64,000 nt of DNA, from contig NC_042998.1 in the NCBI RefSeq assembly GCF_006345805.1, forward strand, positions 154,690,001-154,754,000, read 5' to 3'. Below, in pieces: positions 39,031-51,833 of this stretch. A program made the translations under genes and the position numbers. Every line of letters starts with the position of its first letter. Position 1 is the stretch's first letter. The DNA is from Octopus sinensis (taxonomy: Eukaryota). The notes under the pieces are model-generated. The model was not told the origin of the DNA. It ran no database searches and saw nothing but the letters and a program-made list of their open reading frames with translations.

Positions 39031-41455
39031 AGCCTGAGACGTCAGCCTAAGACGCCGTCAGCCCGGCGGGTGGCCGCCGCCTTCACTCCACCTTGCTTTC
39101 ACCGTTCGACTACGCTCCGAGGGGCCGCCAGCGGCAGGCCTGCGCCGCTCGCATGTTGCTCCGCCGCTCTACCATGCCCGATATCGAAAGAACGAACCTA
39201 AGCTCGGGGTATCGCCCACGTACATGTGGACGTACCCGCGACCGATGCCGGAAGGCTGTCACGAGATACACGCGGTCCATACACAGACGTGTTCCTTCGC
39301 GTAAATTCCCGAAAGATGGCAAGTACGGCTTGCATTGGTAGGGGCCGCCTGCGGCAGGCTTGCGCCAGTCACCTTGGGCTCCGCCGCGTTACCGTTCCCG
39401 ATATCGAAAGAACGAACCTAAGCTAGCGGTATCGCCCAAGTACGCGTGGCCGTACCCGCGAGAGATACCGGAGGGCTGTCACGAGATACATGCAGTCGAT
39501 ATTGCGACGTGGTCCGTCCCGTAAATTCCCGAAAATGACAACTGCGGCTACTATAGGTAGGGGCCACCAGCGGTACAGTTGCGCCAGGCCTGCGCCAGTC
39601 GCCCGGAGCTACGCCGCGTTACCGTGCCCGATCTAGTAAAACCGAATCGAAGCTCGCGGTATCACAAACGTACACGTGGACGTAGTCGCGACCGATCCCT
39701 TCAGTCGCCGGGAGTCTATGGCGATATGCATCGGGTAAATACAACGAAGTGGTCCAACCCGTAAGTCAACGGAAACAGACCCATGAGCTTACGGGTCGGC
39801 CAACGCTGGATAGTCAAACTCCAGGTGACCGTCGCACCCCAAGGGTGTTCAGACTATATTGAGTGCTAGCAGTCGGCAGGTGGATGTCTCCGGGATCGTT
39901 CGGCATGATGTCTGAGATGTCAGCCTAAGACGCCGTGAGCCCGGCGGGTGGCCGCCACTTTAACCCCACCTCGCTCTCCATGTTCGACTACGCGCCGCGG
40001 GGCCGCCAGCGGCAGCCCTGCGCCGGTAGCCCGTTGCTCCACCGCGCTACCGTGCCTGATTTCGAAAGAACGAATCTAAGCTCGCGCTATAACCCACGTA
40101 CGCGTGGACGTACCCGAGATCGATGCCGGAAGGCTGTCACGAGATACAAGCGGTCGATACAGCGGCGTGTTCCTTGCGTAAATTCCAGAAAGATGACAAC
40201 TGCGGCTAATAAAGGTAGGAGCCGACAACGGCAACCCTGCGCCAATCGCCCGGAGCTCCGCCGCGGTACCGTGCCCGATATAGAAAGAACGAATCGAAGC
40301 CAGTGGTATCGGCCACGTACATTTGGACGTACCCTCGACCGATGCCGAAAGGCTGTCACGAGATACACGCGGTCGTACAGCGCTACCGTGCCCCACCAAG
40401 TGAGACCGAATCGAAGATCGTGGTATCACAAATGTACACGTGGACGAAACCGCGACCAATCCCTTCAGTCGCCGGGCGTCTGTGGCGATATGTACCTATA
40501 GTCACGCTCTATGTGTCCGGCGCACCCCAAGGGGGTCCAAACTATATTGAGGGCTAGCATTCGGCAGGTGGATGTCTACGGCATCGTTCGTCAAGATGCT
40601 TGACGCGTCAGCCTAAGACGCCGTGAGCCCGGCATGTGGCCGCCGACTTCAAGCCATCTTGCTTTCACGTTTCGACTAATCGCCGCAGGGCCGTCAGTGG
40701 TAGGCCATTATAGAAAGAACGAACCTAAGCTCGCGTGATCGCCCACGTACATTTGGACGTAGCCGCGACTGTAGCCGGGAGGCTGTCACGAGATACAAGC
40801 GGCCGATATAGCGACGTGTTCCATCGCGTAAATTCCCGAAAGATGGCAACTGAGGCTTGTATATGTAGGGGCCGCCTGTGGCAGGCTTGCACCAGTCGCC
40901 TTGGGCTCCGCCGCGCTACCGTTCCTAATATAGAAAGGACGAACCTAAGCTAGCGGTATCGCCCACGTACACGTGGACGTACCCGCGAGAGATACCGGAA
41001 GGCTGTCACGAGATACATGCGGTCGATACAACGACAACTGCGGCTAGTATAGGTAGGGGTCGCAAGCGGTACAGTTGCGCCAGGCCTGCGACAGTCGCCT
41101 GGAGCACCGCCGCGTTACCGTGCCCGATCTAGTAAAACCGAATCGAAGCTCGCAGTGTCACAAACGTAGCCGCGACAGACCGTCGCACCCCAAGGGTGTC
41201 CAAACTATATTGAGTGCTAGCAGTCAGCAGGTGGATGTCTTCGGCATCGTTCGTCAAGCTGCTTGAGACGTCAGCTTAAGACGCCGTCATCCCGTCGGGT
41301 GACCTCCGCCTTCACGCCATCTTGCTTTCACCTTTCGAGTACGCGCCGCGGAAGGCCTGCACCGGTCGCCCGTTGTTCCGCCGCGTTACCGTGCCCAATA
41401 TCGAAGGGACGAACCTAAGCTAGCGGTATCACCCACGTACGCGAGGACGTAGCCG
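39030..41455 (+). repeat. rDNA intergenic-spacer repeat array downstream of 28S
   Basis: Same unit and orientation as 28288-35465. Ends abruptly into a CATA microsatellite. Confidence 0.85.
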
Positions 41456-42706
41456 TATAAATGTATGTAAGTAGTTAGGTATCTTGATATGCATGTTTAC
41501 ATGTATACGTACATACATTCATACACACATACGTACATACGGACACGCACACATATGCATACCTACATACATTCATACACATATACGTACATACGGACAT
41601 GCACATATATACATAGACTCATACATACTTACGTACCTGCATACATACATATATAATTGCATATGTGAATACATAAACATGCATACAGAGATGTATATAC
41701 ATATATACATGCATATCAACATACATACATGAATACGTGCATACATACATCTATATTTAGATACATACGTAAATGCACACATAGATATATACATAAATAT
41801 ATACATACAAACATACGTTCATACATACATGCATATATGCATGCATACATACATGCGTATGTATATATATATACCTGTCGATGCGTGTATGATAGGTATA
41901 AATATATATGCATGTATAAATATATGTATCTATGTATTCACTTACGTATGTATGTAAATATATATGTTTGTATGTATGCATGTATGTAGGTAGGTATGCC
42001 TGTATGTTGATACGTATGTATGTATGTATATATAAATATGTATATTCACCTACTGCATATGTGTATGCATGTATGTATGCATGTATGCATGTACGTATCT
42101 ATGTACGTATTTATTTGTGTCTGTATGTACATATGCATGCCTGTATGAATTTATGTGTGTATGCATACAAGTATGTTGTATGCATACACACATAAATTCA
42201 TTGTGTCTGCATGCATGTACGCATCCATGCATGTAGGTATGCATGTATGCATGTCTGTATTAATTTATGAATGTATTTTTGCTGGTATGCATTTTTGTAT
42301 ATAGGTATCTATCTAAAACTGTAAAATGTGTATATATGTATGCATGTGTGTATATATGTATATTTGTATGCATGTATGTATGTATTTAGGTATACATGTA
42401 TGTATGTATGTAAATAGTTATACATGTATGTATCTATGTATAAATCTATGTATGCGTATATATATGTATCTATATATGAATACGTATGTAGTTATGTTGA
42501 TATGTATGTATAGGTAGGTTTGCATGTATATATGCAGATATGTATGTACGTATGCAATTATGTGTATATATATATGTATGCATGTATGTATCCATATATG
42601 TTTGTATGTATGCATATATGTATGCATACATGTATATATTATATATTGCATCTACGTAAGTATGCATATATACATGCATACTTACGTAGACGCATACCTA
42701 CATACG

Positions 42707-42784
<78 letters not shown>

Positions 42785-42895
42785 AATACATATACATACT
42801 TACATATACATACTTACATGCATTCATACATATGTGCATATATACATACATACATATATGCATAAATGCATATATATATTTATACATACATTCAT
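41456..42895. repeat. CATA/TATG/TA compound microsatellite field
   Basis: Direct reading. Similar fields at ~44805-45630, ~46900-48400 and ~52540-54220. Confidence 0.95.
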
Positions 42896-42898
42896 GGA

Positions 42899-43734
42899 CT
42901 AGCAGAATTGCCCGGCGTTGCTCGGGGCTGAATTGCTTGAAAGTACTGTTAATGATTGCACTGAATTATGATGATTATTCAGGCAAATATTGATATAAGT
43001 TTACGCTGGGAGATAAGGACTTAACGATCAACCGTGTGCCATTGCATTGTTTTGGGGGAACCAAATTTCTGATGAGCATTATAGGGGCACCAACTTTAAG
43101 TTTGAGAATGTGTGGTGTTAGTCCGGGGTGCTCAAAGGAATTGAGTACCTCTATTGGATAGTTGATGACGTCCTGTGGGTCAGGAGTTGTATTGATAGAC
43201 TGATATACATAGACTTCCCCAGGAATGAGTTTTAGCATTTCATCATTAATATGGTGAACATTTTTATTCCTCGGGGCCAGTATAGCCTTTTGGCCAATCC
43301 AATCCATATTCTGATAATTAGCTTGTAGATCTTGGAACACTGCATCTCTGAGATCAGAAGGCGTCTTAACAATGGTACAAATGGAATCGATGGCAATATT
43401 ACCATTTTCATCCCCTGGTATTTTGCCATCGCCAAGTGCAAGGTGGGTGTGAGGAAATGCTGCTGATGTCGCATATGAGCACGCATATTGGTGTGAAGTT
43501 TGAGAGTTACTTCCCTTTATTAAAAAAATATGCATTAAAATGGGAGAAAATGATAGTAAATTATTTGTAAAATCGTAGACTCATCGTAGACGCGCGCTAA
43601 TACCCAGAAGGGCTCGATATGAATCACGACTATAAGATACTCGGTTTTGGTTAAACTGCATCGCAAAATGTGGGAGTAGTTAGGAATCTAAATCGGAGTA
43701 GACAGACACACAACCTTTCTTTTATATATAAAGA
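42899..43734 (-). mobile_element. Non-autonomous Helitron retaining a Pif1-helicase fragment
   Basis: Minus strand: A|TCTTTATATATAAAAG 5' end and a CCCGAGCAACGCCGGG hairpin plus CTAG|T 3' end. Internal peptide AILAPRNKNV...LKLKVGAPIMLIRNL...CNGTRLIV. Confidence 0.9.
42975..43450 (-). pseudogene. Helitron Pif1-like DNA helicase C-terminal fragment
   Basis: Typical Helitron Pif1 motifs in ORF 42975-43535. No N-terminal helicase or Rep domain. Confidence 0.9.
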
Positions 43735-44072
43735 TTTTCGTCCGACCTAAAAAACTTTGTGCGGAGTGAATGGTTACCTCTTTGGAAATATATACACACA
43801 CATTATACATACATGTATAGATGAATATATACATACATGTATAGATGAATATATAAATACATTTAAATATCTATATACACTTTTGGGCGATCTTTCTGCT
43901 ACTTGGATATACTTTAGATCTTATATTCGTCCAATTCGTCCTAAATAACTTTGTATGGAGTGAATGGTTACCTCTATGGAAATATATACACACACATTAT
44001 ACATACATGTGTGTGTCTATATACACTTTTGGGCGTCTGCTACTTAGAGATAACTTTGGATGTTAGGTGATC

Positions 44073-44202
44073 TAGCAAAAAGGATGACCAGTTTGACTTG
44101 CTCATCCCTGTCACACACTCACACACACGCACACACACACACACAGACACACACGCACCCTCACACACACACAGACGCACACACACACACACACACTCAC
44201 AC

Positions 44203-44247
<45 letters not shown>

Positions 44248-44801
44248 AGCTTACAATTTTATTTATATATTTGCGTGTCTGAATTTTTTCTGAAATGGGG
44301 GTGAAATTGAAAGAAATTTTGTATGCCATGACCGAATGGAAGTACTTTGAAAAATCATAGGTAAACTCTAATTGAAGAAATTGTGTTTTTAGTAAATCGT
44401 TATGTATTTATTTGTTTCTGTTTGCTGTGTTGTCTTTTTTTTTGAGGTACACTTCTCTCGTTTTATATAAATACTTTCATTTTAATCGTTGCACACTTGC
44501 AAAGAGAAAGGATGAGAAATTAGGGTGATAGCATCAGTGAAGCAGTTCGCTCCGTTTGTGTGTGTGTGCGTGTGCGTGTGCTGTAGCCCACACTAAGAAA
44601 AGCACTTGACTTACACACCACAATGTGAGTTTTCTCTAAATTTTGCTTAATTGGGGTTGAAATTTGAAAAACCGGACCTGGCACGACCCGATGCATTCTA
44701 CTCTTAAAAATGCTAGGTAAATTGTAATTGAAGAAATCATATATTGTAGATTTCTATAAGAGACAAAGGGAGGCAGATAAAATCTGCCTTTTATAATAAG
44801 A
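44073..44801 (-). mobile_element. Probable non-autonomous Helitron-like element with an internal (CA)n
   Basis: Minus 5' TCTTATTATAAAAGGCAGATTTTATCTGCC. CTAG at 44073-44076 with a GGATGA/TCATCC hairpin nearby. Confidence 0.5.
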
Positions 44802-45632
44802 GCTACATAAGTACATGCATGCATACATGCATACCTACATGCATGGATGCGTACATGCATGCCGACATACATGTACTTACATACATACATGCATATCTAC
44901 ATACATACAAACATACATGTATGCATACATGTCTACGTATATACATACATATATGCATACATACATACTCGGATAACTACATACATGTATAATTGCATAT
45001 GTGAATATGTATGTATGTATGCATACAAACATACATGCATATATACATTACACAGATATGTATAAACCTGCATAACAAAATACATGCATGCATATATACA
45101 TACGTATATGCATACATACACGTATAACTACATACATGTATAATTGCATATATGAATATGTATCTATGTATACATACATACATACATACATACAAGTATA
45201 TATAAATTCATAAATACCTACATACCTATAGAAATACAAACATATATACATACATACTATATATACATGCAGATGTGAATACAAGCAAACATGCATAAAT
45301 ATGTATATATATACATACATTCATAAATACATACATTCCTTCATACATACATGCGTATCAACATACATACATACCTACATACATGCATACATACATACAA
45401 ATATATATCTACATACATCCGTATGTAAATGAATGCAGAGACACATACATATATTTATACATGCATAAATATATTCTTACATACATGCATACATCTATGC
45501 TTACATACATCCATACATACATAGGTACATATATACATGCGCACATGAATGTATGCATGCATGTATGTATGTATGCATGTATGTAGGAATGTATGCATGC
45601 TTGCATGCATAACTGCAGGTAATTATGATGTA

Positions 45633-46787
45633 TCTCTCTATATATAAACGGCAGTTTGTCTGTCTGTATGTCTGTGTGTCTGTTAGGTTGTACCCTCACC
45701 CTGACCACGGCTTTCAACCGATTCCGATGAAACTTGACACACACATAGCCCAATGTCATAATTCAAAACTAACGCAGCGAAAATTTTGAAAAGTTCCCCC
45801 AGTTCTGAAAAGAATCGATAAATTCGACTTGGGGTCGAGAATCTAAGCTTTTTATATGCAACACATTTTCTGTTGTAGTTTTCGAAACTTGCAATCGATT
45901 TTCACCAAACTCATGGTGAAGCTTAATGTTACCCTAAGAAACTTAGTTCTGACGTTAGTTTTCCATGCAATACCTTACCATCAGAAAAAATCGATAAAAT
46001 CATGCCATTTTGGGAAATCGCGTTCAAATTCAAGATGACATATTTTCGACAATATCTTTCACAAATTGGCAGGAATTTCTTTTTAAATTCACAGCGAGCA
46101 TCATGTCTGCTCCAAGGAGCTATATGGCCCTTTTTATTCCAATATGATACTTTATTACTGGAAAAAATCGGTTAATTAAATCATATGTGGCACACATAGC
46201 AAACCGATTTGTGTATTAAACACAAACCACAGACTGTCTAGGGGACGCAACTCGACCTTTTTAACTCTCGGAACACGTGGGGTAAGTATCCCAAAATGTA
46301 TAAAAATGTACAAAAACGGCAAAAAAGCGGGCAGCAATGTGAGTGACAACAACGAAAAAGTCAAAACTGAAAAAACGAATGGAAAAGGTTTTTTGGTGCA
46401 CACGACAAAAGCGGTTTATAATAAACCAAGTGTTTGCAAGTAGCGTCCGAGGACCCTTAGGGTACGTCAAAAATTTAAGGTAAAACGTTTGGGGTGGTAG
46501 TTATAAAGAAAGTTTAAACAAAAAAAGTATTCGAATAACTTGCGGCTGCAGCAGCTATTAGCAGAAGTGGCGGTGTTGGGGGTAAAGTCTCGAATGTAAT
46601 TTCTTCCTGGTAGCAATTGGTTGGGTTGAATTATCGATAGCTGTTTGATAGTTATTTGGGAGTGAAGAGAAGACATTGCAACCTATACATGCGCCTTCAT
46701 TCCCTAGAGGGAAAGGACTAGATTGGGATTAGTCGTTGCCTACTAGGAGCTCTTACATACCCGGGCAACGCCGGGCTATGCTGCTAG
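45633..46787 (+). mobile_element. Non-autonomous Helitron
   Basis: A|TCTCTCTATATATAAA 5' end and a CCCGGGCAACGCCGGG hairpin plus CTAG|T 3' end. Confidence 0.85.
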
Positions 46788-47528
46788 TACAAGCATATTT
46801 GCAATATTTTGCCTATTTGCAATATTTTGTCACATTTTGATTTCTGAAAACTTTTATTTACCGAAAAATTACGTAACAAATGTCTACAAAGTTCACTGAA
46901 AATACGTTCATAGTTGCACACCTGCATACATACATTCATACATACATTCATACATACATGCATACATACATACATTCATACATACATTCATACATGCATA
47001 CCTACATACATACATACATACATACATATATACATACTTATATACATATGTATACATACATGCATACATGCATACCTACATGCATGCAGACACAATGTGT
47101 TTATGTGTGTATGTATACAACATACTTGTATGCATACACACATAAATTCATACAGGCATGCATATATACATACAGACACAAATAAATACGTACATAGATA
47201 CGTGCATGGAAACATACATGCATACATAAATGCATACATACAAATAATTATACTTAATGTATACATGCATGCAAACATTCATATATACCTGCATACATAC
47301 ATGCATACAAACATACATTTGTATACATACATGCATACAAATATGCAGATGTGAATATACCTATGTATATACATACATACATTCCTACATACATACATAC
47401 GTATCAACATACAGACATACCTACCTACATACATGCATACATGACCTTACATACATACGTAAGTGAATACATAGATACATATATTTATACATGCATACAT
47501 ATATTCATACATGCATATATGCATAGAT

Positions 47529-47603
<75 letters not shown>

Positions 47604-48265
47604 CATACGCATGTATGTATGCATGCATATATGCATGTATGTATAAACGTATGTTTGTATGTATATATTTATGTATATATCTATGTGTATGTATCAAAAT
47701 ATAAATGTATGTATGCACGTATGCATGTATGTAAGTAGTTAGGTATGTATGTATGTTGATATGCATGTATGTATATAGGAATGTATATATCTCTGTATGC
47801 ATGTTTATGTATTCACATATGCAATTATATATGTATGTATACAGGTACGTATGTATGTATGAGTCTATGTATATATGTGTGCATGTCCGTATGTACGTAT
47901 GAATGTATGTAGGTATGCATATGTGTGCATGTCCGTACGTACGTATGTATGAATGTATGTAGGCATGCATGTAAACATGTAAATACATGTTTACATGCAT
48001 ACCTACATACATTCATACACACATACGTACATACGGACATGCACACATAAATACATAGACTCATACATACTTACGTACCTGCATACATACATGCATATCA
48101 AGATACCTAACTACTTACATACATGAATACGTGCATACATGCATACATACATCTATATTTAGATACATACGTAAATGCACACGTATCTACATACATATCT
48201 ACATGCAAACATACGTTCATACATACATGCATACAATCATGCCATTTGCATGCATACATACATGC

Positions 48266-48327
<62 letters not shown>

Positions 48328-48574
48328 ATCTATGCATGTATGCATATATAAATATATGTATCTATGTATTTACTTACGTATGTATGTCTATATATATACG
48401 TTTATATATTTGTTGCGCAAGAATTTTTATGTGAAGTCGTGTGTTGAAACAGATATTGTTATATTTCGGAATGGTCATTTTGCCGGTTTAGCCAATAAAA
48501 ACACACGCACTATATATTTGGTGTTACTTTGCTTCAGTGTTATTTATTTTTTACATTAATCTTAATCTTATTTC

Positions 48575-48619
48575 GGCCAGAGTTCTTTCGTCACACTCCT
48601 GTGACCGCATCAGTGGTCC
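48575..48619 (-). ncRNA. Candidate minimal type I hammerhead variant in the Penelope 3' repeat
   Basis: GGACCA CUGAUGCG GUCACA-GGAG-UGUGAC GAAA GAAC UC UGGCC. The core is non-canonical. Confidence 0.45.
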
Positions 48620-49001
48620 TTTGTTTTCTTCTTTCTCATTTGTGTCTCTCCTTACTAACCGTCAGCCATTTTGTATTTCTATTGTATGTCTTCACTTGCG
48701 CCTGCTTATATCTCTATGTGTGTCTATGTTTATTTAGTGTGTGTGTGGGAGGGATGCCTGTAATATCTGTATCTTCTGTTTATATACGTTCATAAATTTG
48801 TTTTTGTTATTGTTTATTCTTATTTCGTTCACGTGTTTACATCCACTTATTATTATTATTACATATGCTTGTATGTATGTATGTATGTATGTATGTATGT
48901 ATAACAACAATACTAGTAATAATAAGAAATCGAAAAAAAATATATATATAGTAATTTATTTCTATTTGTTTATTTATCTTATGTTTTCGGGATCCTCTAC
49001 A

Positions 49002-51060
49002 TCATATGTTGTGGTGTGTGCTAGTGTTAGTGTTCCATTCTAGTTTTCTATTCAGGTTAGGTTTATTTTCTATTATGTGTGTAACTTCTGTAAATTGTTT
49101 GATTGTTGCATCTGTTCTATGTGTGGACAATATTTTAATTTCTATGTTGTTGATTGATCCCCCGTGTTCCTGTTCGGCGTGTTGGTACAGAATCGATGAG
49201 CTTTTACCTTCCTTGTGTTGTCTCCAATGTCCATTTACCCGCTCTCCTATGCTTCTTGCCGTTTCCCCTACGTATGTCGTTGTCGTGTTACTGCATCGTC
49301 CCTCTATACATTTTATACTATATACTACATTTCTGGCTTTACAGTTTGTTTGTGGGCTAAATCTACATACAGTACAGTACTTATCCGTACAGGGGGTCCT
49401 ACTAAAAGGATAGGTTCTACTAATTATAGATGTGATAGGGTTGCCTGGCTTAAACAACCTTAATCCGTTTGTCTAGGGTCCGTCTAAAGCGGTACGGCAG
49501 TTCACCTCCAGGGGTGGTGTCAACGAACATGATACTCTGGTATTTATGGCTATCATACCAAGAGTTGGCCTTCCCTATAGTGTTCCATGACTTGTTCCTA
49601 TAGAGTGGGCAAATCTCATTCCTATCATTACATAATACATTATCAAATTTCTTCATGGCTCTTTTCTTTATGGCTGTAACCTGAGAACTGCATGCGGTGA
49701 ATGAAATATTGTATGTGTCTCTTTAACTCTGTAGGCTCGCACATGCGTGACACATTTCTCATTATTCTGACGAGGTCTGCCATCAAAATATTGAATTTGG
49801 CATTGTCCGCAATGGCTGAGTTCCGGTGGATCAAGTATTTTGAGGCCATAGGTTTGGCATAGTATGAATAAAGGATTTGGGTTTTATTATTCACAATTTC
49901 TAGCCAGAGTTCAGTGTCTAGTACTGGTAGTCTATGGTTGGGGTGTTTAGTGGAGTAGTCTATTGTGACCTTAATACTCTGGTGGATGGAGTTAGCTATT
50001 TGCTGGATGCTCTACATAGTATTAGTTTCTATTACTATATCAACAGTACTCTCTTGTGGGGGTGCTTTTACCACTATGTTGATATCATCAACATAGCGAG
50101 AGTACGTTTAGGAGTATGGAGTTCTGTGTTAGGCGTTCTTTAAGCCTTCTGTCCCACCATACCATGAAAAGGTTGGCCACATCACCAGCGATACTAACGC
50201 CGATGGCTGCCCCCTCGTCCTGGGCATATATTTTATTGTTAAACTTAAACGTGTGGCCTTTTAGGGTAACTCTTATACTAGCTCCTAGTGCATGTGCGAT
50301 CATTTTCTTTACCTGATGGACATTTGCGGGACTCCGTATGGCTCTGGTTCATCTGCGCCATCTTTCTATATGTGTTTTCCTAGCCATAGAAGTAATTGTG
50401 GGTGGTCTACCTCTTAAACATCTACTGGGGCAGAAACTCCTAAGATTATGTTTATCTAGGTATTCATTGTCACATGTCAGTCTAAGTAGGAGGCCCAGTT
50501 CCTCTGTGTTGACATTATGGAACTCCACCTGGCTCTCATTGATCATCTCCACGCACTTCTCCACCGCAAAATCTACGTCGATCAATGGGTATAGGGATAC
50601 CACATCCATGCTACCCACCATACATCCTGTCAGGTCACAAGTGTTGTTACAGTCATTGATCCTGCTGAGGAGATCTTCTGTGCTGTCACAAAAATCAGGT
50701 GACATCCGGATTATAGGGCGTATGATAATTGAGAGGAAGTAGGAGATTCTGTAATTGCTAGCGATATTCGCTCCACAGACTGGTCTTACTGGTGGTCCTG
50801 CTATAGGGTCAGTGGTTACTTTATGGTCCTTGTGAAGTCCATACAGTGCCGGGATATCATTGTTCCAGGCTTGGAAATTATTTGCTGTACGTTTCTGGGG
50901 TCCCAGAACAATTGTCCACATCATCATGTGGGCGTTGAGGACCTTTTCTCTCTTCTCATGCACCTGTAAAGTTGTTATATTTGTATTGCCTGGATGTAGT
51001 TCGGTAAGCTGTCTATTGACATCTTGCCGGACTTATCTGTGGGAAGGCATACCACCTCTC
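49002..51060 (-). pseudogene. Frameshifted Penelope RT-endonuclease ORF
   Basis: PALYGLHKDHK...PVRPV, SMDVVSLYP, QDEGAAIG...VANLFM, RYVDDI (~50075-50098), a Cys-rich linker (PCTDKYCTVC) and GIY-YIG VVYSIKC...YVGETARS. Confidence 0.92.
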
Positions 51061-51788
51061 CCTTCCTCGTGCGCTGAATGAGCTTACGTAGGCCACATGC
51101 AAGGTTTAATCCCGAGTTGTTGGGCCTCTGTCTTATTCTCTTAGTGTATAATCCTAAAATCTGTCTAAGTTAAATCTGTAAAGTCAGAAATGTAGTCTAT
51201 AGTATAAGAGAGACGATGCAGTAACAAGACAACGACATACGTAGGGGAAACGGCAAGAAGCATAGGAGAGCGGGTAAATGGACATTGGAGACAACTCAAG
51301 GAAGGTAAAAGCTCATCGACTCAGTACCAACAAGCCGAACAGGAACACAGGGGATCAATCATCAACATTAAAATATTGCCCACACATAGAACAGATGCAA
51401 CAATCAGACAAATTACAGAAGTTACACACATAATAGAAAATAAACCTAGCCTGAATAGAAAACTAGAATGGAACACACCACAACATATGACGGTAGAGGA
51501 TCCCGAAAACATAATAAATACACAGATAAATAAACAAATAGAAATAAATTACTATATATATATATTTTCGATTTCTTAAAGAATAAACGAAAACAACAAC
51601 AACAAAAACAAATTACATGAACGTATATAAACAGAAGATACAAATATTACAGGCATCCCCCACACACACACACTAAATAAACATAGACACACAGAGATAT
51701 AAGCAGGCGCAAGTGAAGACATACAATAGAAATACAAAATGGCTGACGGTTAGTAAGGAGAGACACAAATGAGAAAGAAGAAAACAAA

Positions 51789-51833
51789 GGACCACTGATG
51801 CGGTCACAGGAGTGTGACGAAAGAACTCTGGCC
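51789..51833 (+). ncRNA. Second copy of the candidate hammerhead variant (inverted repeat arm)
   Basis: Identical to 48575-48619. Confidence 0.45.

Noticed and set aside
10395-41266. Many overlapping Arg/Ala-rich ORFs in the GC-rich arrays
   Set aside because: They are open in several frames on both strands of a tandem repeat, with frameshifts between units and no domain motifs.
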